Assembly (NCBI GenBank): GCA_030836435.1
Contig: JAURPW010000046.1
Span: forward strand, 1-25,110
Length of the DNA: 25,110 bases
Direction: 5' to 3'
DNA from: Flavobacteriaceae bacterium
GTDB taxonomy: Bacteria; Bacteroidota; Bacteroidia; Flavobacteriales; Flavobacteriaceae
Position 1 is the first letter of the stretch; the number at the start of each line of letters is the position of its first letter. Positions 23,595-25,110 of this stretch are shown here, one piece after another. The notes below the pieces were generated by a model. It was not told the DNA's origin, ran no database searches, and saw only the letters and a program-made list of their open reading frames with translations. The position numbers were made by a program, and so were the translations under genes.

Positions 23595-24347
23595 TTAATT
23601 AACAGCTCGAACAGATTCGAAATAAGGTTCATATAGACGGATGCTCTCTTTGATCATGGCACTTACCCCGTTTCCGGTAATGGTGGCACCTGCTAGTGCA
23701 TCTACCTGCGCATCCAATTTATCGGAATTTAATGGATCGTTATTTCCTTTAACCACTTCGATAGCGCGGTATCCTGAATCAGAAATAATAGACTCTCCGA
23801 TAAAATCATCCATGAAGAAGCGCATCTTGATGTTGGCTCCCAAACCAGGGGTCTCGCCTTTGTGATCGAAATAAACACCTGTTATGGTGAGCGATTCGTC
23901 TACAGACATATAGCCCCAGATGGCGTCCCAAAGGCCCTTTCCGTACATCGGAAAAATGTAGTAGGTGCTTCCGTCACGTTCTCCGACAAAGAGTGGCAAC
24001 TTGCCGGGCTTGCCTGATTTGATCAGATCGATCTCTTTCTTGAGGTCGATCATGTAGGCATTTTCTGCAGCAACAGCCTTACCTTCTTGGATAATGTATT
24101 GACCCTTAATGAGCTCATCAAAGCGCTGGCCAACTTCAGTGGTCGGTATAAAATTCACGCTTGAATCGTCTTCGTTGTTGTGAACCCCCATAGCGTACAG
24201 AATGTTCTGCTGCTTTTCAAAGCGTTGATTTTCAGTAATTCGGTCTTTCAAACCAGTGGCTAAGTAGGCCAAAATCGAACCCACTACAGAAACCATCACT
24301 ACTGCGAATACTACGGTGTACGTATTTTTATCGGTATTTATTGCCAT
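23595..24347 (-). CDS. nqrC: Na+-NQR subunit C
   Basis: N-terminal TM helix, QQNIL, GKGLWDAIWGY, HKGETPGLGA and FMN site VDALAGATIT. Confidence 0.97.
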   Translation of the reverse strand: MAINTDKNTYTVVFAVVMVSVVGSILAYLATGLKDRITENQRFEKQQNILYAMGVHNNEDDSSVNFIPTTEVGQRFDELIKGQYIIQEGKAVAAENAYMIDLKKEIDLIKSGKPGKLPLFVGERDGSTYYIFPMYGKGLWDAIWGYMSVDESLTITGVYFDHKGETPGLGANIKMRFFMDDFIGESIISDSGYRAIEVVKGNNDPLNSDKLDAQVDALAGATITGNGVSAMIKESIRLYEPYFESVRAVN

Positions 24348-24364
24348 TTCGCTGAGCGCTTAAA

Positions 24365-25110
24365 TTAAACGGTTTGTGTTTCAAGGGTTGCGGGCTCATT
24401 CGCCGGATAAATCTTTGCATGCTGAGCGCGCTTTAATCTGCGCTTCACATTGGCCTGAACCACATAATGGTCGATGGTAGGTGCAAAAACATTCATCAAT
24501 AAGATGGCCAAGAAAACACCTTCTGGATAACCGGGATTAAACACACGGATCATCACCGATATAAAACCGATCAGAAAACCGTATATCCATTTACCGCGGT
24601 TGGTTTGCGAGCTAGTTACAGGATCGGTGGCCATATAGACAATTCCGAAGGCCAAGCCGCCTACGATAAGGTGTTTCCAAAAATCAAAGGCCATAAGGCT
24701 GTAGAACTTCGAATAGGATTGTATCCAGCCGAAATCAATCACTGCGTTAAACATAAGGCCCATAGCCAGAGCGCCCAACACGGCACTCAACATAATGCGC
24801 CAGCTGGCGATTTTGGTGAAAACCAAAAATAATCCGCCCAATAAAATGAGAAAGGTAGAAGTCTCACCGACCGATCCCGGAATAAACCCGTAAAACATCT
24901 CGCTCAACGAGTAGGTCATTTCATCGGTTTTGTTTTGAGCCAAATACCCCAGAATAGTCTCACCCGAAATAGCATCTGTGGTGTTAGCCTTGGTCACCCC
25001 GTCAACCGCCCCGTGAACCCAAACCTTGTCGCCACTCATCCATGTCGGATAAGCAAAGAACAAAAAGGCTCTAATGGTAAGTGCTGGGTTCAATATGTTC
25101 ATTCCGGTTC
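24365..25110 (-). CDS. nqrB: Na+-NQR subunit B, 3' part (runs off the window end)
   Basis: Frame is open to the edge: TGMNILNPAL..RAFLFFAYP, PGSVGETS, IASWRI, MATDPV, GYPEG and NVFAPTIDHYV motifs. Confidence 0.97.
   Translation of the reverse strand, partial: TGMNILNPALTIRAFLFFAYPTWMSGDKVWVHGAVDGVTKANTTDAISGETILGYLAQNKTDEMTYSLSEMFYGFIPGSVGETSTFLILLGGLFLVFTKIASWRIMLSAVLGALAMGLMFNAVIDFGWIQSYSKFYSLMAFDFWKHLIVGGLAFGIVYMATDPVTSSQTNRGKWIYGFLIGFISVMIRVFNPGYPEGVFLAILLMNVFAPTIDHYVVQANVKRRLKRAQHAKIYPANEPATLETQTV

Noticed and set aside
6465-24832. Remaining short ORFs nested in or antisense to long genes (e.g. 6465..6851, 6887..7165, 9708..9923, 11191..11406, 12182..12439, 13893..14171, 16352..17412, 20498..20798, 21563..21826, 23067..23300, 24605..24832)
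   Set aside because: Contained in or overlapping well-supported genes, with no motifs or promoter evidence; expected by chance.
1-25110. CRISPR arrays, tRNA/rRNA, IS elements, integrases, prophage or defence genes
   Set aside because: No intergenic gap exceeds about 110 bp, I saw no repeat-spacer pattern or cloverleaf, and no ORF has transposase, recombinase or phage motifs.

Overview
25-kb core-genome window from a Bacteroidota organism, most likely a marine Flavobacteriaceae-like lineage. Evidence for the lineage: Flavobacteria-type protein variants, TAnnTTTG -7 promoter elements, no obvious Shine-Dalgarno motifs, and a Na+-NQR operon. Genes are tightly packed. Left to right: murB (3' part), a 65-aa four-Cys membrane protein, an ECF sigma factor, lipA, lpxK (-), a NIF3/DUF34 plus DUF164 coiled-coil pair, and a four-gene photorepair operon (flavin-reductase-like protein, a DUF2256 ORF missing from the supplied track, CRY-DASH, FeS-BCP (6-4) photolyase) preceded by a 34-bp near-perfect palindrome. 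Then clpP (-), a lipoprotein, an O-methyltransferase, tatA-like (-), an M1 aminopeptidase / DUF6702-like / two CarboxypepD_reg-like cluster (-), a GNAT, an M15 D,D-carboxypeptidase, gpmI, map, a class I methyltransferase, apbE (-), a 123-aa unknown (-) and nqrF-E-D-C-B(partial) (-). I saw no tRNA, rRNA, CRISPR array or mobile element. Best leads: the operator-like palindrome on the photolyase operon; two candidate Na+-NQR accessory factors (a displaced NqrM-like protein and a catalytically dead YraN-like fold between nqrF and apbE); two C4 zinc ribbons that have each lost all four cysteines; and non-canonical FMN-attachment motifs in NqrB and NqrC. Family names come from motif recognition and recall; no database search was run.
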